DNA of 64,000 bases from Azolla caroliniana (GCA_043228905.1 JBHGNT010000001.1:23374001-23438000), one strand, 5' to 3'; positions 1-14,396 are shown, counted from the first letter of the stretch. Program-made: numbers and translations. Notes: generated from the letters alone by a model not told the origin.

Positions 1-1029
1 ATGCTCGAATGCATTGGCAAACATTCTTTTTCATACGAATGCAAATGAACGCGTATGCTATCACAACATTCTTATGTTTTTTTTACAGTTTTTACCTTAC
101 AAAAATTTACCTTATAATGAATAATGAATACAAAAGTATGGTATTTACCATACTTTGAGGGTGTTTACCATACTCAAATGCAAATGCATGTATGGTACGT
201 ATGGTTCATACTATGGATCATGACATAGTTAAGGAGTTCCGCGGCAATATGGTTAAACTTATATTTCTCTCTTTTGGCATATAGTTTGTGATCCTGAATG
301 TTAGTCTTCGACACATTGCTTATAATCTTGTATCTCTTGGAATTAGTACGTTTACATTCTCTTTTACTTCCCTCTCTTTTTCTTATTCTTTTTTTACTAC
401 CTAACATTCTTCTCTATTTCCCTCTTCTTCTTCTCTTCTTCAACTGGATATTGTTCCAAACTATAGCCTTGATAGTTTCTTGATTTATTTTTATCTCTCT
501 TGGTGTGTTGTTGGCTAGGTGGTTTACACCATAGCCTCAAAAGTTATAACACTGAGAGAACCTAAGTTTTATCCTTTCCATGGGTAGTTAGGCCTCATCT
601 CATAGATCGCAATAGATTGTCAGGGCCAATGCTTGAGAAAAGAGAATTAAAAAGAAAGAGCAAAACAAAGAGAGAAAACGGATATAGTTTTATTATAAGA
701 GGAAAACAAGACTTGGATATTTCTAGGTATTTAAAATCTAGCAAGCTTAAGTATCTGAACCATTGCTTAAGTCAAATGCCACATAACTAAATGTTTTGCT
801 AGAGTAGACAACCACTTGTCCATGACTTGTAATGGAGAAAAGTGGAGGAATTCCTAATATTTTTGAATTCAACATCCACACCAACTTTGGTTTTGAAGTG
901 CCACTATATAAGCAAAGCATTGGAGAGTGGTATAATTCTCTCTTAGGTTCTCAATATTTTGTAGGCTCTCATTGGGAGTGGATATCTAGGTTTAAGCACA
1001 CTCTCTTAACTGAAGAAAGCAAACCCCAT

Positions 1030-2560
1030 ACTTGATAGAATTTTCTTATGAACATCTAGGGTCTACATTGGTTCATACTTAATGTAGCTCATCCTGTTTC
1101 TACTTTTGTAAGCCTTCTTTTGATTACATGAATACAACTCTTAGCCTTTGGCAATAACACCTTTGCTACAACAAGCTAGGAGACCACCTATAAAGGTGAT
1201 AGAATCGGGAACTATACCATCAATCTCCAACATGTGAAAACAAGTTAGTGTTTCATCAAAACCTCCATGTTCTATAAGCTCTATCATCATTGAATTCCAT
1301 GAGATCACATTTGTAGTTAGGAGCCTCCGAAACACATCTTCCTTTGCCCCTTGTCATGGTCTCTAAAAACTTCATGTTACAAACAAAGGTGGTTGAACTT
1401 GGTTCCGCATATACAAAGCTCTTCACCATAACCCTACTCAACATATAAACAAATCCTTGCAGTCTAAGAGAATACATTTCTTGCTAGTAGTCATGCTCAA
1501 CCTACTTTGGTTGTCCACCCTGGCTGGTAGTCTAAAAACTTCATGTTTGCATTTGGTTCCGCATATACTAAAGCTCTTCACCATGATAGCCATGCTCAAC
1601 ATATAAACAAATTCCTGCCGTCCAAGAGAATACATTTCTTGCTTGTAGTCATGCTCAACATATATACCCTAACTGCCCACTAACTATTGCTTCTGGAGTA
1701 TTAGTTCACAAAACACGTCCAATACTTCAATACATAGCCACATCTTGCATGCATATGTAGAAAGTGTCACAGACATTGCCCATCAAAACCGTCTTCAACA
1801 AATTGAGCTTGTATAGCCAACCCATCATAGAATGCATTTGTATTGGCCCAATCACTCAAGCCACATAGAAAGGTAACATCATCTGTTAGGATGTCCTTTG
1901 AATTAGCTGAAAATTCTTTGCATTGTAGGAACATACTCGGCAAAGTTTTGTACGTCAAGACCTTCTTCAACTGCTACAATTATAAACACGAAACAGTCCA
2001 TGATGCACATGCTGCTCGGCGTAAAATGTGATGGGACGCCTTGGATAGCCCCCCATCTATCCTCTCCCATGTCGAAACGACCATGTCCTTCATCTCCACG
2101 ACCATTGAGAATGTACTTGTATTAAACCTCCATAACATCAACACTCTAGTTTATCACAACCCTCATGTTCTCACAACAACCATGTGCCGGTTACACCACA
2201 ATCATCTACCTATAAAACAAAATGATCTATTTCCTCATCACCTCAAACAAATATGCTTCGACCCCCACACCATCTTCACTCATCCTTATCACAAAACAAA
2301 ATTCTGCTCCATTCGGTCCGCATCAACCATCTCGCCACTTACCACCAAGGTCTTGAACAAATAACAACAAAATGAGTCTAGCATGTTTCCTCGTCCAAGC
2401 ATACATTTTGATAATGCCATGTTGGACAAAAGGTAACCTTGAATATGTGCACATGTGGCCACAAAACCAATATAAACTCGCCCTGAGCCTAAGAACAAAT
2501 GTCTTATATGGAGAAACAAGCAAATTGATAAATGTGCAAAGGGTACTAGATGCATTGTCT
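1030..2560 (-). pseudogene. Decayed PLS-class pentatricopeptide repeat (PPR) gene
   Basis: Minus-strand fragments carry PPR motifs (NVISWNSMM..LIEHGGFDETLTCFHMLEIDGIVPDSITFIGGLLAC; DDVTFLCGL; LLSNMALSK) broken by stops and frameshifts. Boundaries are approximate. Confidence 0.65.
1357..1660. repeat. Two-copy tandem duplication (~170 bp period) inside the PPR pseudogene
   Basis: CTAAAAACTTCATGTT...TTGGTTCCGCATATA...CTCAACATATAAACAAAT...AAGAGAATACATTTCTTGC occurs twice. Confidence 0.8.
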
Positions 2561-3394
2561 TAGAAAAAGACTTGAGGGATATATCTAAATAAAATGATTA
2601 TTTTTTCAATCATTATCTTCGGTGGCACCATCAACACGTATGATAGAACTTGCAATAGGTCTTTACTCTTCATTGATATTGGCATGCCCTCTAGTAAACA
2701 CACATTTATAGTGTAGAGCGAAGTGTACATTTTGATCGTTGAAATTCCAATTCATTTAGCCCAAGAACAACTCTCAAGGGTCATCTTATATGGAAGAAAC
2801 ATACTGATTGATGTTATTGAATAAAAGGATAATTGAGAAGAAGAGATTGGTAGGTGCATATGAACATATGACAACTTTTTTCAACTTCCTTGCTGTCACC
2901 AACACAGTGCAAGCACTTTTGTTACATGGCCAAGGATAAATTGGGCATAATGATGCATCGATGGCGAAGAGCTACAATGATAGACAAGTACAAGCACAAG
3001 ATGATTGGGAGCAATATATTTTGTGGAGGGAGGATGATGTCAATAGTGTAAGAACATGAAATAATGTTGACTTTTTATGGATTTTTTGTTAAGATAATGA
3101 CCTACCCATACTAACGCAAGAATTTACAACAAGCACTTCAAATGCACATAGATAGATGCTTGGTGAGCTTATGTATAGGAAGTGGGATGAGGAGAGATGC
3201 ATGCATCTAAACTAGATTGATGGATATATATATATCTAGTCCTGATGATTGTCATGGCCGAAGTATACATTAGACAAACATAAATATTATACATACAAAG
3301 ACACATATAAATACAGACACAGATGCACACAAATATACACATACAAATTCACATGTAAATTACAAACACACAAACACACGATGACAAAGGAGAG

Positions 3395-3415
3395 ATACAT
3401 ACATACATACATACA

Positions 3416-3449
<34 letters not shown>

Positions 3450-3516
3450 CATACATACATACATACATACATACATACATACATACATACATACATACAT
3501 ACATACATACATACAT

Positions 3517-3549
<33 letters not shown>

Positions 3550-3650
3550 TACATACATACATACATACATACATACATACATACATACATACATACATAC
3601 GTGTGAGAGTGAATGAGTGTGAGACTTGAGTGTGTGTGTGTGTGTGTGTG
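3395..3650. repeat. (TACA)n microsatellite (~200 bp) followed by (TG)n
   Basis: Directly visible; it generates the spurious YIHT/MYVC ORFs. Confidence 0.97.
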
Positions 3651-3789
3651 TTTGGGTTTGAACAAACGCACAACAAAAGAACTCAAAATTGTGTGTGTGT
3701 ATGCAGCCCAAAATCAAATCAATTTTTTTTCCATAATAAATAAATAAATAATAAAAAGGGTAAGAAAAGGAAGAAGAAATTTTGGTCAG

Positions 3790-3952
3790 GCTGCTGCTTC
3801 AACGCAGGCGACGGGAAAAGCTTTCCATAGCTGCTGCTTCATCAAAACCCTAAATTCTTCTTCGCCTTCTCCTCAAATTTTCATATCATCCACGAAGATT
3901 AAGTTGTCAAGCTCATCCACGAAGAAGAAGAAGAAAGACAATAGCCATATCG
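3790..3952 (+). promoter_or_regulatory. Putative non-coding first exon (5' UTR) of the nucleotidyltransferase gene, with telo-box
   Basis: AAACCCTAA at 3845-3853, CT-rich leader, donor CG|GTAAGC at 3952/3953, (CT)n just inside the intron, and an acceptor CAG at 6061-6063 shortly before the ATG at 6119. The start is approximate. Confidence 0.55.
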
Positions 3953-3965
3953 GTAAGCTTCTTTT

Positions 3966-4009
<44 letters not shown>

Positions 4010-4189
4010 CTCCCTGCTTGACTATCTCTTTCTCCATGTGTTTTGGAGAAATTTTGAGCCTTTTTATTATTATTCCGTAGTAAACTCAGTGAACTATTTC
4101 TCTTTCATAAGCATTTCGGATTTCTTAATCGTATGGCCTGAGTATAGAACATCTTCAAATATCCGCTTTTTCCCCCTGTCATGTACATG

Positions 4190-6050
4190 CGTATAGCAGA
4201 AAATATTGTCTTGATTCCATAAATAGGAAATCTGAAAGGGCTAGTCAACCAATGCTCTGTTTTTGCAAAATGTGATAATTTTGTTTTCCATTAGAACAAA
4301 GCTGAGGAATATGTGACGTGGTGGTCTTTTGGATTGTTTTTCTTTCGCCTTGAAAAATAATAAAGTTAAGGAACATGTGGTTATGTACTGATTGATTAAG
4401 TTGTTGTGTGAGGATAGAACTTGTGCAAAATGTTTTTTGTGTCTTCATGTGTGCATATATCTGAAGTCTATTTGGTGGTTTGGATTTTATTTTCTGTTAA
4501 AAATGTGCTCCTTTTGCAAATAATAAAGCTGAGAACTGGTTTTTGATATTATTGATTCCTTTCCTTAGGATAGAAGTCACATGATCTGCGTGTTTTTCAT
4601 ATATGCATATTATTGAATAAAGTCAGAAGAATCATGAGGAAATTTCACGAAAACTTACTGTTTTTCATCTACGTGTAAGTGAACAATACAGTGCAGTACT
4701 GTTTCCATTTTATTGAAAATTTGTTTTTGCTCGCAAAAGAAATTGAGTTGAGAATGTGATTCTTTCAATTTTTTTTGGTTTTTACTTGCCTGACGATAGA
4801 ACTTGCAAAATCTGCTTGTTTTTTATGAATCCATAGTGAAACAATATGCAGCACTATTTTTCCTTTGATTGAAAATGTGACTTTTTGCAAAAAACATAAT
4901 TGATGAATGCCATTTCTCAAGTAAGGATAGAACTGATGAAATTGTCGTGTTTTCACTTGTCCATGGCGGAAAAGTATGGTACACCATTTATTGATAGATA
5001 TCAACAAATGTTGCTTATTTTCCAGGATTACATATACCTGGACAATGTGATATGCGAACTTCCAAAATCTGCTTGTTTTTTATGAATCCATAGTGAAACA
5101 ATATGCAGCACTATTTTTCCTTTCATTAAAAATGTGACTTTTTGCAAAAAAACATAATTGATGAATGCCATTTCTCAAGTAAGGATAGAACTGACGAAAT
5201 TGGCTTGTTTTCACTTGTCCATGGTGGAAAAGTATGGTACACCATTTATTGATAGATATCAATAAATGTTGCTTCTTTTCCAGGTTTACATATACCTGGA
5301 CAATGTGATATGCGAACTTCCAAAATCTGCTTGTTTTTTATGAATCCATAGTGAAACAATATGCAGCACTATTTTTCCTTTCATTGAAAATGTGACTTTT
5401 TGCAAAAAAACATGATTGATGAATGCCTTTTCTCAAGTAAGGATAGAACTGACGAAATTGGCTTGTTTTCACTTGTCCATGGTGGAAAAGTATGGTACAC
5501 CATTTATTGATAGATATCAACAAATGTTGCTTCTTTTCCAGGTTTACATATACCTGGACAATGTGATATGCTTTTTTTATTCCTTTCCTTCACAAACATT
5601 TTCATTTTTGCAAGAGGACAAAGTTGCGGAATTTGATTTTTCTTGAGGTTTCAAATTTCCCTTTTTCACGGATAGAGTTCACAAAAGCTGATTGTTTTCA
5701 AGCAGGCATCGTTTTCACTGTTTATTAGAATTGTTGTTTTTGGTTTCTAGCAATATAAGTAAGTTGAGTAATGTAATTTTCGTAAGCGAGGATATAAGAC
5801 ACAAAAGCTGCTTGTTTTTCATGTATCCACAGCATGCACTGCATATTCCTTTTGTTGAAAAAGCATTTTCTGTTTCGCAAGATAACAAAGTTGAGAAATG
5901 GGAGTTCGCAAGTGAAGATAGAACTCACAAAAGATGCGTGTCTCATGAATGCATAGCTGAACAGTATTGTGCACTGAATATCCCTTCTTTGAGAATTTCT
6001 TTTTGCCATAGATTGAACTGGAGAAATGTGATGTTTAATTTATTCTTATT
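4190..6050. repeat. Degenerate ~125-bp tandem repeat including three near-identical ~257-bp units (about 4795-5570)
   Basis: The motif GGATAGAACT...TGTTTT recurs roughly every 120-150 bp. The unit GAACTT(G/C)CAAAATCTGCTTG...ATGTGATATGC starts at ~4799, ~5056 and ~5313. Confidence 0.8.
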
Positions 6051-6118
6051 GACATTGCACCAGATAGTGGGATACTACATCGAGTTCTATTGTGAACAAA
6101 GTCAGACCTTTGGTTTGT

Positions 6119-9100
6119 ATGGGCCATCATGCGCTCAATGGCCTCTTGCCTGAGGGCTTTCAGTCTGTTTCATCTTTCAGTTCTTCCGAGTATGAGGAGA
6201 TATGGATGGATGTTGAGGAGAAAACTGCAGAGCTTTTGAGCCAAATTCAGCCATCAGCAGCTTCCGAAGAACGTAGAAAGACTGTTATCAATTATGTGGA
6301 ACGACTTATTGAAAGAGAGTTTAACTGCAAGGTAAACAGACATTTCATTTCTTTTATCCGTAATGTTTCTATAAATCTTTTTGATGCAGGATAAATGTAC
6401 TTCTACTGGGAACATTTCCATATTTTTTTCTCATGTTTTTCTACATTATGTAGCGATATTGATTTATCGTAGTTGATAAATGGAACATGTCAGGTCTTCC
6501 CATTTGGTTCTGTGCCGTTGAAAACTTACCTTCCTGATGGTGACATAGACCTCACTGCTATAAGTGAGCTTCACCGCTTCAATGATACTTGGGCCAGTGA
6601 TGTGTCAGCCATATTGGAACATGAAGAGCATAACCGTGAACCAGAGTTTCATGTCAAAGAAGTGAAATGCATCTATGCTGAGGTATAAAAGTATTTGCTC
6701 ATACAAATGAAGCCCACAAAGATAAAAATGTATGACAATTAGTTCTATTATGTGGAGCCTAGATGTTATTGACAATTTAGTTTTTTGAAAGGATATTATA
6801 AGCACAATGTTGTAGATAAGTTTGCTTTGTTTTTTGTAAGTGTCTAGCTAGTGTTCTGAGGGCATTGTAATTGAGAGGGGAGTGGATCCCATATATGAGG
6901 TCAATTTGTTATAAATATCTAAGTTCAATGTCCACCCAGGTTGAAAGGATGTTAGAAATTATAAATTACATTGTAGAGAGGAACAATTCTCTGTTTTGCA
7001 TTTATCTAGAAATATGATGCATGACCAATATGATTTTTATGGTTTTAAGAAAATTTAAAAGAAGACAAAATGCATGGAGGCAAGTAGCACAAACAAGAAC
7101 TATGCTTAAGATTATTTGTGCACAATCTCTGAGGGCTACACGTTTTCAGCTGTTTATGATTGTTTAGAAAGACTGAAACTAACTTCACAAAGAGCATATT
7201 GTACTTATCATATGTGCCCTCACTCTACTCCCTGCAATGATGGGTGATTTACTCAGATTGTGCTCTACAGTTTATTGGCCTCTTGCAAAAATTAACGTAG
7301 ATTTCTTCATGCATTGATTTCAAACATTTCTCGAGGTGGTAAATTGGGTGCTTTCAAGTTTCAACCCATCTTTCTGTTCTTCCTGTCATTGATCTCATTT
7401 CTTTATCTAAAATGTTGATTCGTTTCGATTAAACTCTGAACTTCACCGAACATAAGGCAATACATTAAATATCCTTATCACCCGTATTTTCTAAAGTGAC
7501 GTTTCTGCACAGGTTCCTGTTGTGAAATGCTTGGTGGAAAATATAATTGTTGACATATCTTTCAATCAGTTAGGTGGATTGAGCACCCTTTGCTTCTTGG
7601 AAGAGGTAAGTGATTAAATTTTTTTGTGAATATAAAATTTTATGGGAAGATACTACAAATGCTATTCTTTCACCAGGTTGACAGGTTGATAGGTAGAGAT
7701 CATCTGTTCAAAAGAAGTATTATTCTTGTGAAGGCTTGGTGCTTTTATGAAAGCCGAATTTTAGGAGCACATCATGGTCTTTTGTCTACATATGCATTAG
7801 AGGTCCTAGTATTATATGTCTTTCATGTTTTCAACCAGTCATTGCGGGGTCCTTTGGAGGTACATAATGACAAAAATTTACCTTCTTTTAATGTTATCGA
7901 TTGCCAACCATCAATTAATTTGGTAATGTTTTGGATTGGATGGTATGTGTAGGTCCTTTTCCGTTTCCTCCAAATTTTCAGCAAGTTTGATTGGAATCGG
8001 TATTGCCTCAGCCTTTGGGGTCCTATACCTCTAGCTTCACTGCACACAATGGCAGGTACCTATGCATGAATCAATCAAGCTGCATTTTTTGAATCTTTGA
8101 AGGAACTGTGGCACATTCTCTCTAACTTTGTAATCTCTTCTTGGTAGTGGAACCGACGCAGAATCCTAGTGACAAATGTTTGCTCAGTGTGGAGTATTTA
8201 AGTGCCTGTAGAGAAAAATATAGAACACTGCAGGAAGGCAACCAAGGGAAAATATTTAGTCAAAAATTCATGAATTTGGTGGATCCATTACGACCTTTCA
8301 ATAATCTTGGGCGGAGTGTGAATAAAGGTCGGTTTCATTTCCTACAAGAGCCATACATAGATTCCTTTTGTAGATTTATTGACCTAATGATATGGTGATA
8401 CAATAGGTAATTTTGTTAGGATATACAGTGCTTTTGCATATGGGGCAGCTCAATTGGAAAAGCTATTGCAAAGCCCAAAAGAGGGATTTGCTGAGGTTCT
8501 GGCCAGTTTTTTCCGTAACACGAAAGGGCATTGTCGAGCACATCGTCTTGATGCTAGCAGTGTATGTTCTCAGATCAGTGCCTCTTTGTGCAGCTGCAGA
8601 ACTAGAAATGAAGATGCCACAAGCACTATGTCAGAAAAAGGGGAGACTGTGGATATGGGTTCTTCGCGTCGAGAGCCAGAAAATGCATCAGAGCTGAGCC
8701 ATAAATCATTTCATTATGATGATGGGTATAGGAATACAACAGATAATATTAACCTGGAAATAAGGCCAGCCAATGGCAGTCCTGTGGATTTAACAGTTGT
8801 CTTACCAGATTTGCATAAAAAAGAAGTTCAAGAGATATCTGATAGTGATGTCACATTAAAGAATGATGCACCCATCGATGTTGTTAAGTTTCAGAATCAG
8901 GATAGCATCTCTTTTATTAAGGACTCTTTAGATGTTCTAAACAATAGAACCCAGTTAGTGGAGAACACTAGCAGCGAGTACCGGAATAATACGGGCACAG
9001 TATCTTTGCCTTTCTCTAGAGAAAGAATCATCAACCTAGAAGAGCATAATCATCAACAAAGTCAAGAAGCAGGTCAAAGCAATAAATTGGAAACTGATGC

Positions 9101-12100
9101 TTTGCGTGGTGGTGAAATTACAAGTCAATTTCAACCCTCTGAAATTCGAGATACTGATGCAGACATATTGGAAGGGGATTATGCAATTCATTTGCATAAT
9201 CTAGAAGCTGGACGATTATATCAGATCTCCCATATGCATGGGAACCTTCCTTATATGTATAATATGTATCACCCTAAGCATGTTCAACGAGGTTCTATGT
9301 GGGAAGGCCCGGGAAGACCTCTTCCAATGAATCTGGACCATTTCCCCCAGAATACCAGTGGCAGAAATAGTATTCCCGATAGATATATTTTGCCAAACAA
9401 TATGTTTTTAGACGGGTTTCCAAAATACCAAAAAGGAACAGGGACTTTCTTTCCCAACTTGGTAAGCGTATTCTAATTTAATACATTGCTTTAGACATAG
9501 TTTTGTGTCGTGAATATCATTTCATTTTATTGTAGAAACCAAATTTTGAGAGGGACAGATATTTATCAGCAAATGGTAATAGAACTTCACGAAGATCAGT
9601 TGGTGGTGTAGATTCCTTTACTTCAGCTAATCAGAATGGAGCTTTAGCTTTTAGATCAAGGGGTCATTTTCCCAAAAAACGTGATGGATTAAATAAGACC
9701 AGAACCAAAATAAGTACAGATCTCAAAATTGGGGAGGAGTGGGAATCATTAACAGATGACTCAAGTGTTGGAAGTGTACTGCCTAGCCCAACTACCAATG
9801 CTGTAGAAGCTGTAGATAATTTCTCCCTGACATTCCAGAAGCAGATGGACCTCATTGATGCAAAGGGCTCGAGTGATAGATCAATTGGCATTGTTTCACC
9901 GTCAAGCAATAGTAAGGATCTACCTTTAGAGGAATTGGAATTTGGATCATTTGGGCCAGGGTTTTTGGCGAAAGGTTTACATGATGCCAATATTAACAAA
10001 GATGGGCAGTTTGTATTCCAATCTCAGCCACAACTCTTGCATAGTGATTCGTCAGTGCCTACAGAAGGTATTTCGATATTCCAAGCTCAGCTGCATCCTG
10101 TTAATTCTAGTACATCAGGGTCCAGTTCCAGAGAGGTTACGTCAAAAGGACATCATACTGATGAACCTCAAAGGTATGTTACACACTATCTTTACTTACA
10201 AATACTGACAAATAATAAATGTAACTTTGGCAGTAAGCCATAATCAAGGTATAAAATTTTCACCACCAAGACATCATTTTCAACGCATGCATGGTTTTAT
10301 TTATTTCATATGCAAAGCATTTTCTAACATCATACATCCTTGTTCTCAGCAAGGTCCAATCCTAGATTCTAACTGTGTTTTTGTTTCAAATTTAGTATAA
10401 CTTATAACTAAACTAACATCTAATGTAGTAAAGTGTCAAGATTTGTGTATTGCCCATTTATAGAATCCAAACGTTAAGTTAAAGGCTGAGGTTGACATCC
10501 TAATATCCTCATCTTCTTTACTATCTTCATCAGGATTAGCTGTGTTGTCATTTTTATCCAGCATAATTGGAAACGTTGAAAGTCTTTGCAAGCTCCACTG
10601 AAGTAATTTCTCCAAGGATCACCTCCTTTCTCAATCATTACATGGTTGCCTCCATTTTCTGGAACACGTTTTGTCTTGATTCTATCTGAAAGCCAAAAGT
10701 GTATAGTGAGCATTAAGAAACTTTTTTAATTGGGATTCAATCCTGTCTTATATTTATCTGAACCAAAGAGATGTTGAGGTCAAAACATATTTCTTTGAAA
10801 AAGCGCCCTTTTTGGGTATGCATATGAAGGTGGTATCCATCACGAATTGATCTCAGATTTTCATGAAATATGTGTAGTATTTGAGAGTTAGAAATATGAC
10901 ACACCATATGGATGATACCAATTGGAACTTAGAAGTGGCTCACGGTGGAAAACCCACATATTTAAGCGTGTATTATATTGTACTTAATCAAGAATTGGTC
11001 TCGATCAATGTGAAATAATTAAAATGACATCTGAGAATGAGAAACATGGCTCACTATGATGAAAAATACTTACGAACTCTCAATCAAGAATTGGCTTCAA
11101 TCTCCTCAAATTGATGTAAAATGCATTATGGAGTAAGAAATAGGGCTCCCTATACTGCTATCCCCTCTCCTATGAGGCCCCTCTTTGTCTTTGTATATGC
11201 TGAAGGAAGAGCTCTAAGCATCATTGATCTGTGTAATCTATCAGGAGAGGTCTAAAAACCCTTTTTGTAACTAAATAATGATATCTTCCTCTGATCTCAG
11301 AATATAGTGGGCAATTGAATATATAATGCTTCTCAGATTCAACCTCCTGACGTGGTTCCCTCAACCTATGTGTACTTTGTCTTGTCTTGATCCTCTGCTG
11401 ATGACATCACGTCCAGATCTGCACTATCACTGAGTAAAGAGTATGCTAAGATGTGATCAACACTGTCTTGGTTCCTCTGAAATAGTATATTAACATGGAG
11501 TTTAGATTGGAATAGAAATCCGATGTTACGCAGGCATCCCATCTTGAAGTACAAAATGACCATGCCTTGTGGCTAAGCATTTTGTCTAGTATGTGTCTTG
11601 CTTCAGACAGCATTACAGTGAAAAGCAGTGGACAATGGGCAGTAGGAGTTGGCAACAGCCTGGCTCAAGCCTGAACCGAACCGTTAAACCATTTATAAAC
11701 AGTTTGGAAGTTTGGAGGTTCGGTTTCGTTCAGTTCAGGCTTGAGCCAAGTTAATCGGTTTGAGCTCGGTTTGGCAAGGCTCAAGCCGAAGCGAACCGTT
11801 TAAGGCCTAACCAGTTCCTAAACTGGTTAAGACCTAAATGGTTTTTGACCAAACCAGTTATAAAACTGGTTTAACGTTAACCAGTTTGGCGAAACCGATT
11901 CGGTTCAAGTTTGAAAACTCTCAAATTGGTTAAGGCTTAACCGGTTTGGTTTGGACAAGGCCAAACTGGTTAACTTGAAACTGAACCGTGGCTGATTCCT
12001 AATGGGCAGGCCAACTGTGCATGTAAATGATGAATAGGAATGGGATTGTGCCTGAATATTTAAATGAGCTTCATTCGCCCCAAGATTATACCAGACTTTG

Positions 12101-12812
12101 TACATGCATCTTGGAATGATAGTTAGGGTTGCACTGTACAATGATGAGGAATTGGATTTGGCTTCAGGTCTAATATGACCTTCTCAGGTAATTTTACTTC
12201 TCTTTAGTTGCATAGTTATCGAAATACAAAGGTACGTTGACAAGCCTCCGAGGTATCCATGCAAAAGATAAATGTGTATTTGATGTAGAATCTGTAACCA
12301 TTGGGCCTCTCTTAAATGTCTGACTTCTTTTCTAGTGTTGCTATGCTACCACATCTCACCATAGACAGTAGTACTGTTCGCAACCAGTGTAAATTGTTTA
12401 TTCATTATGCTTTGAGGATGTCATAGAGAAAGAAGGAAAGACCTATGTGACACAAGCGTTTTATACATAACTTAATCATATCTCACGTATCTGCAGATTC
12501 TTCAACAGTTCCCTTAATGCTGAATCAAAATCTACTTGTGATGCTAAATGGAATGTTTCTTGTGAAAAAACTTTATCTCCAAATCTTTCAAAGACTTTGA
12601 GAAATAAATGTACTAGTGTGTGTGTGGTGTCTTAAGAAGTAGTAGTTGGTGTCTGAAGCAGTGGACATGTGTTTTGCAGTGAACAATACACTTATGAGCT
12701 GAAGGAGGAAGATTTTCCTCCCCTTGCATTCCTTAGTCCGAGGGAATCATCAAATACACCAGTAAATCGGAGGTCATATCATGAAGCTTGTCTTATTGAG
12801 CATTCACCTTAG
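6119..12812 (+). CDS. Pol-beta-family terminal nucleotidyltransferase with PAP/OAS1 substrate-binding domain (plant At3g51620/At3g61690-like group), ~928 aa, 9 coding exons
   Basis: Phase-consistent GT-AG exons: 6119-6331, 6494-6682, 7513-7605, 7677-7859, 7953-8055, 8148-8327, 8407-9461, 9536-10173, 12680-12812. Motifs FGSVPLKTYLPDGDIDL, IVDISFNQLGGL, KAWCFYESRILGAHHGLLSTYALE, DPLRPFNNLGRSV, GTGTFFPN, ELEFGSFGP and C-terminal YELKEEDFPPL. The catalytic GS, DxD and third D are intact. Confidence 0.92.
11643..12001. mobile_element. hAT-type MITE in the last intron of the nucleotidyltransferase gene
   Basis: 8-bp TSD ATGGGCAG (11635-11642 and 12002-12009); imperfect TIR TAGGAGTTGGCAAC / GTGGCTGATTCCTA; interior rich in AACCG/CGGTT repeats. 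Confidence 0.88.
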
Positions 12813-13890
12813 ATGTGTGACTGAAATCTCTTTGGTGATCACTCTCACGTGTGTACTGTGCTCCAGACTTAATGTTCTCGATGAAGGTGATGACTGGAAT
12901 ATTGTATAGTATTTGCTCTCAGCAGTATGTGAAAGCTATGATGTTTGTATAGCCATTTTTAATATTTTGTGATGGCAAAGGTGCTGAACCCAGATTACAT
13001 ACATAGGCTTAAAAAAAGCTGTTGAAGCATTTAGATGGTAATAGTTGCAGCAAAGATTTTGTGTGAGGCTCTTTGTCTCACTGACCTGCCTTTACTGTGG
13101 AAAAAGCTCTGGTGAACATCTGGATTCATGTGTTAAAAGGAGCAATGTCAACACACATGCAGTCCAGCATAGATAAACAAAACATGCATATAAGTATTCA
13201 ATTTGTGTATAGACAAATGTATGATCTTTTACAATGATCCATTATGTATGCATTATGATAATATTCTCCAAGTTTCCAATCTTGGTCTTTTGCAAACGTG
13301 GTCCATAATTTCATCATAGTGTCCATAGAAATCCACTGCTTTTGGCATTAAATCAAAGTTACAATTATTCTCTGTTGCACCTGACACATAGTCCACGCCA
13401 CTGATCTATATAGAGAGCTCATATCTTGGAGTCTGAATTGTTGGTAATTTCATTGAATGAAGTTGTTAAGTCTCATCATAAAGCTTGCAAATTTGAGAGC
13501 AGAATATGGATTGTAGTATTCCCTTTGAAATGCATAAGGCATTATCCATCCATGTCGTTATTTAGGTACACTCTAATACTTCTAATTCATTATATCATCT
13601 CTTTTTAATCAAGTCTACTCATGAATTATATCATGAATTAGTTCCCTTGTACAACTGATGTATGCAGTGACAGTCCTGTGTAGCCTAATTTTTTAGGTTT
13701 GGTGGAGACAAGGGCATGTGGTCAGCCCAGCCTCTTACGTTGACAGTGGTGTTCAGTATAGTGTGCATATAATGAGAACTGTACACAAAAGCATTTAGTA
13801 AAGTAGCATTGATATGCTTGTATTAGTAGTAGCAAATAGGCCTCTCAATGAGGCTCCGTGAAAATACATGTCGCTCAGCCAGAATGTTCT

Positions 13891-14396
13891 TAGCAATCAG
13901 CAACGTTTGCTTTGAACTGAACTGAATAGCAAAACTGTGGTTTAATGGCTTTAACAGTTTAAATGCTTTGGTTTGGTTTAGGTTCAAGTTTTTGAAATCG
14001 GTTTGGGGGTTGAACAATTCGGTTTTGTTCAATCTTATCCTTTATCGGTTAGGGTTGACACCTGATTAAGTTTTTAGATATTTTTTAACATTTTTTTACC
14101 AACCTTTTCATTTTTAAGCCTACTTTTGACATTTTAGGGAAACAAAAAATTTTAATATAAAATTGAAAATTGAAATTTTTATATTGACCTAAAACCGAAA
14201 CTGAATTGTGAAACTTGAGTCTTTATAGGTTAACGATTTAAACAGATTGAAAATCTCTAAAACCATTTGGTTTGAGCTTGGATTTTTTGTAATAGTTTGG
14301 TTTAAATGGTTTCGTGGTTTGGTTTGAGTTCCAATTTTTTAAACGGTTAGTTTCATACTCTTGAACCTAATCGAAGCGAACTATTGCTGATTGCTA
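13891..14396. mobile_element. Related hAT-type MITE
   Basis: Perfect 13-bp TIR TAGCAATCAGCAA / TTGCTGATTGCTA and AAACCG-type subterminal repeats; no TSD recognised. Confidence 0.75.

Noticed and set aside
3249-3717. ORFs of YIHT/MYVC repeats
   Set aside because: Translation of the (TACA)n microsatellite.
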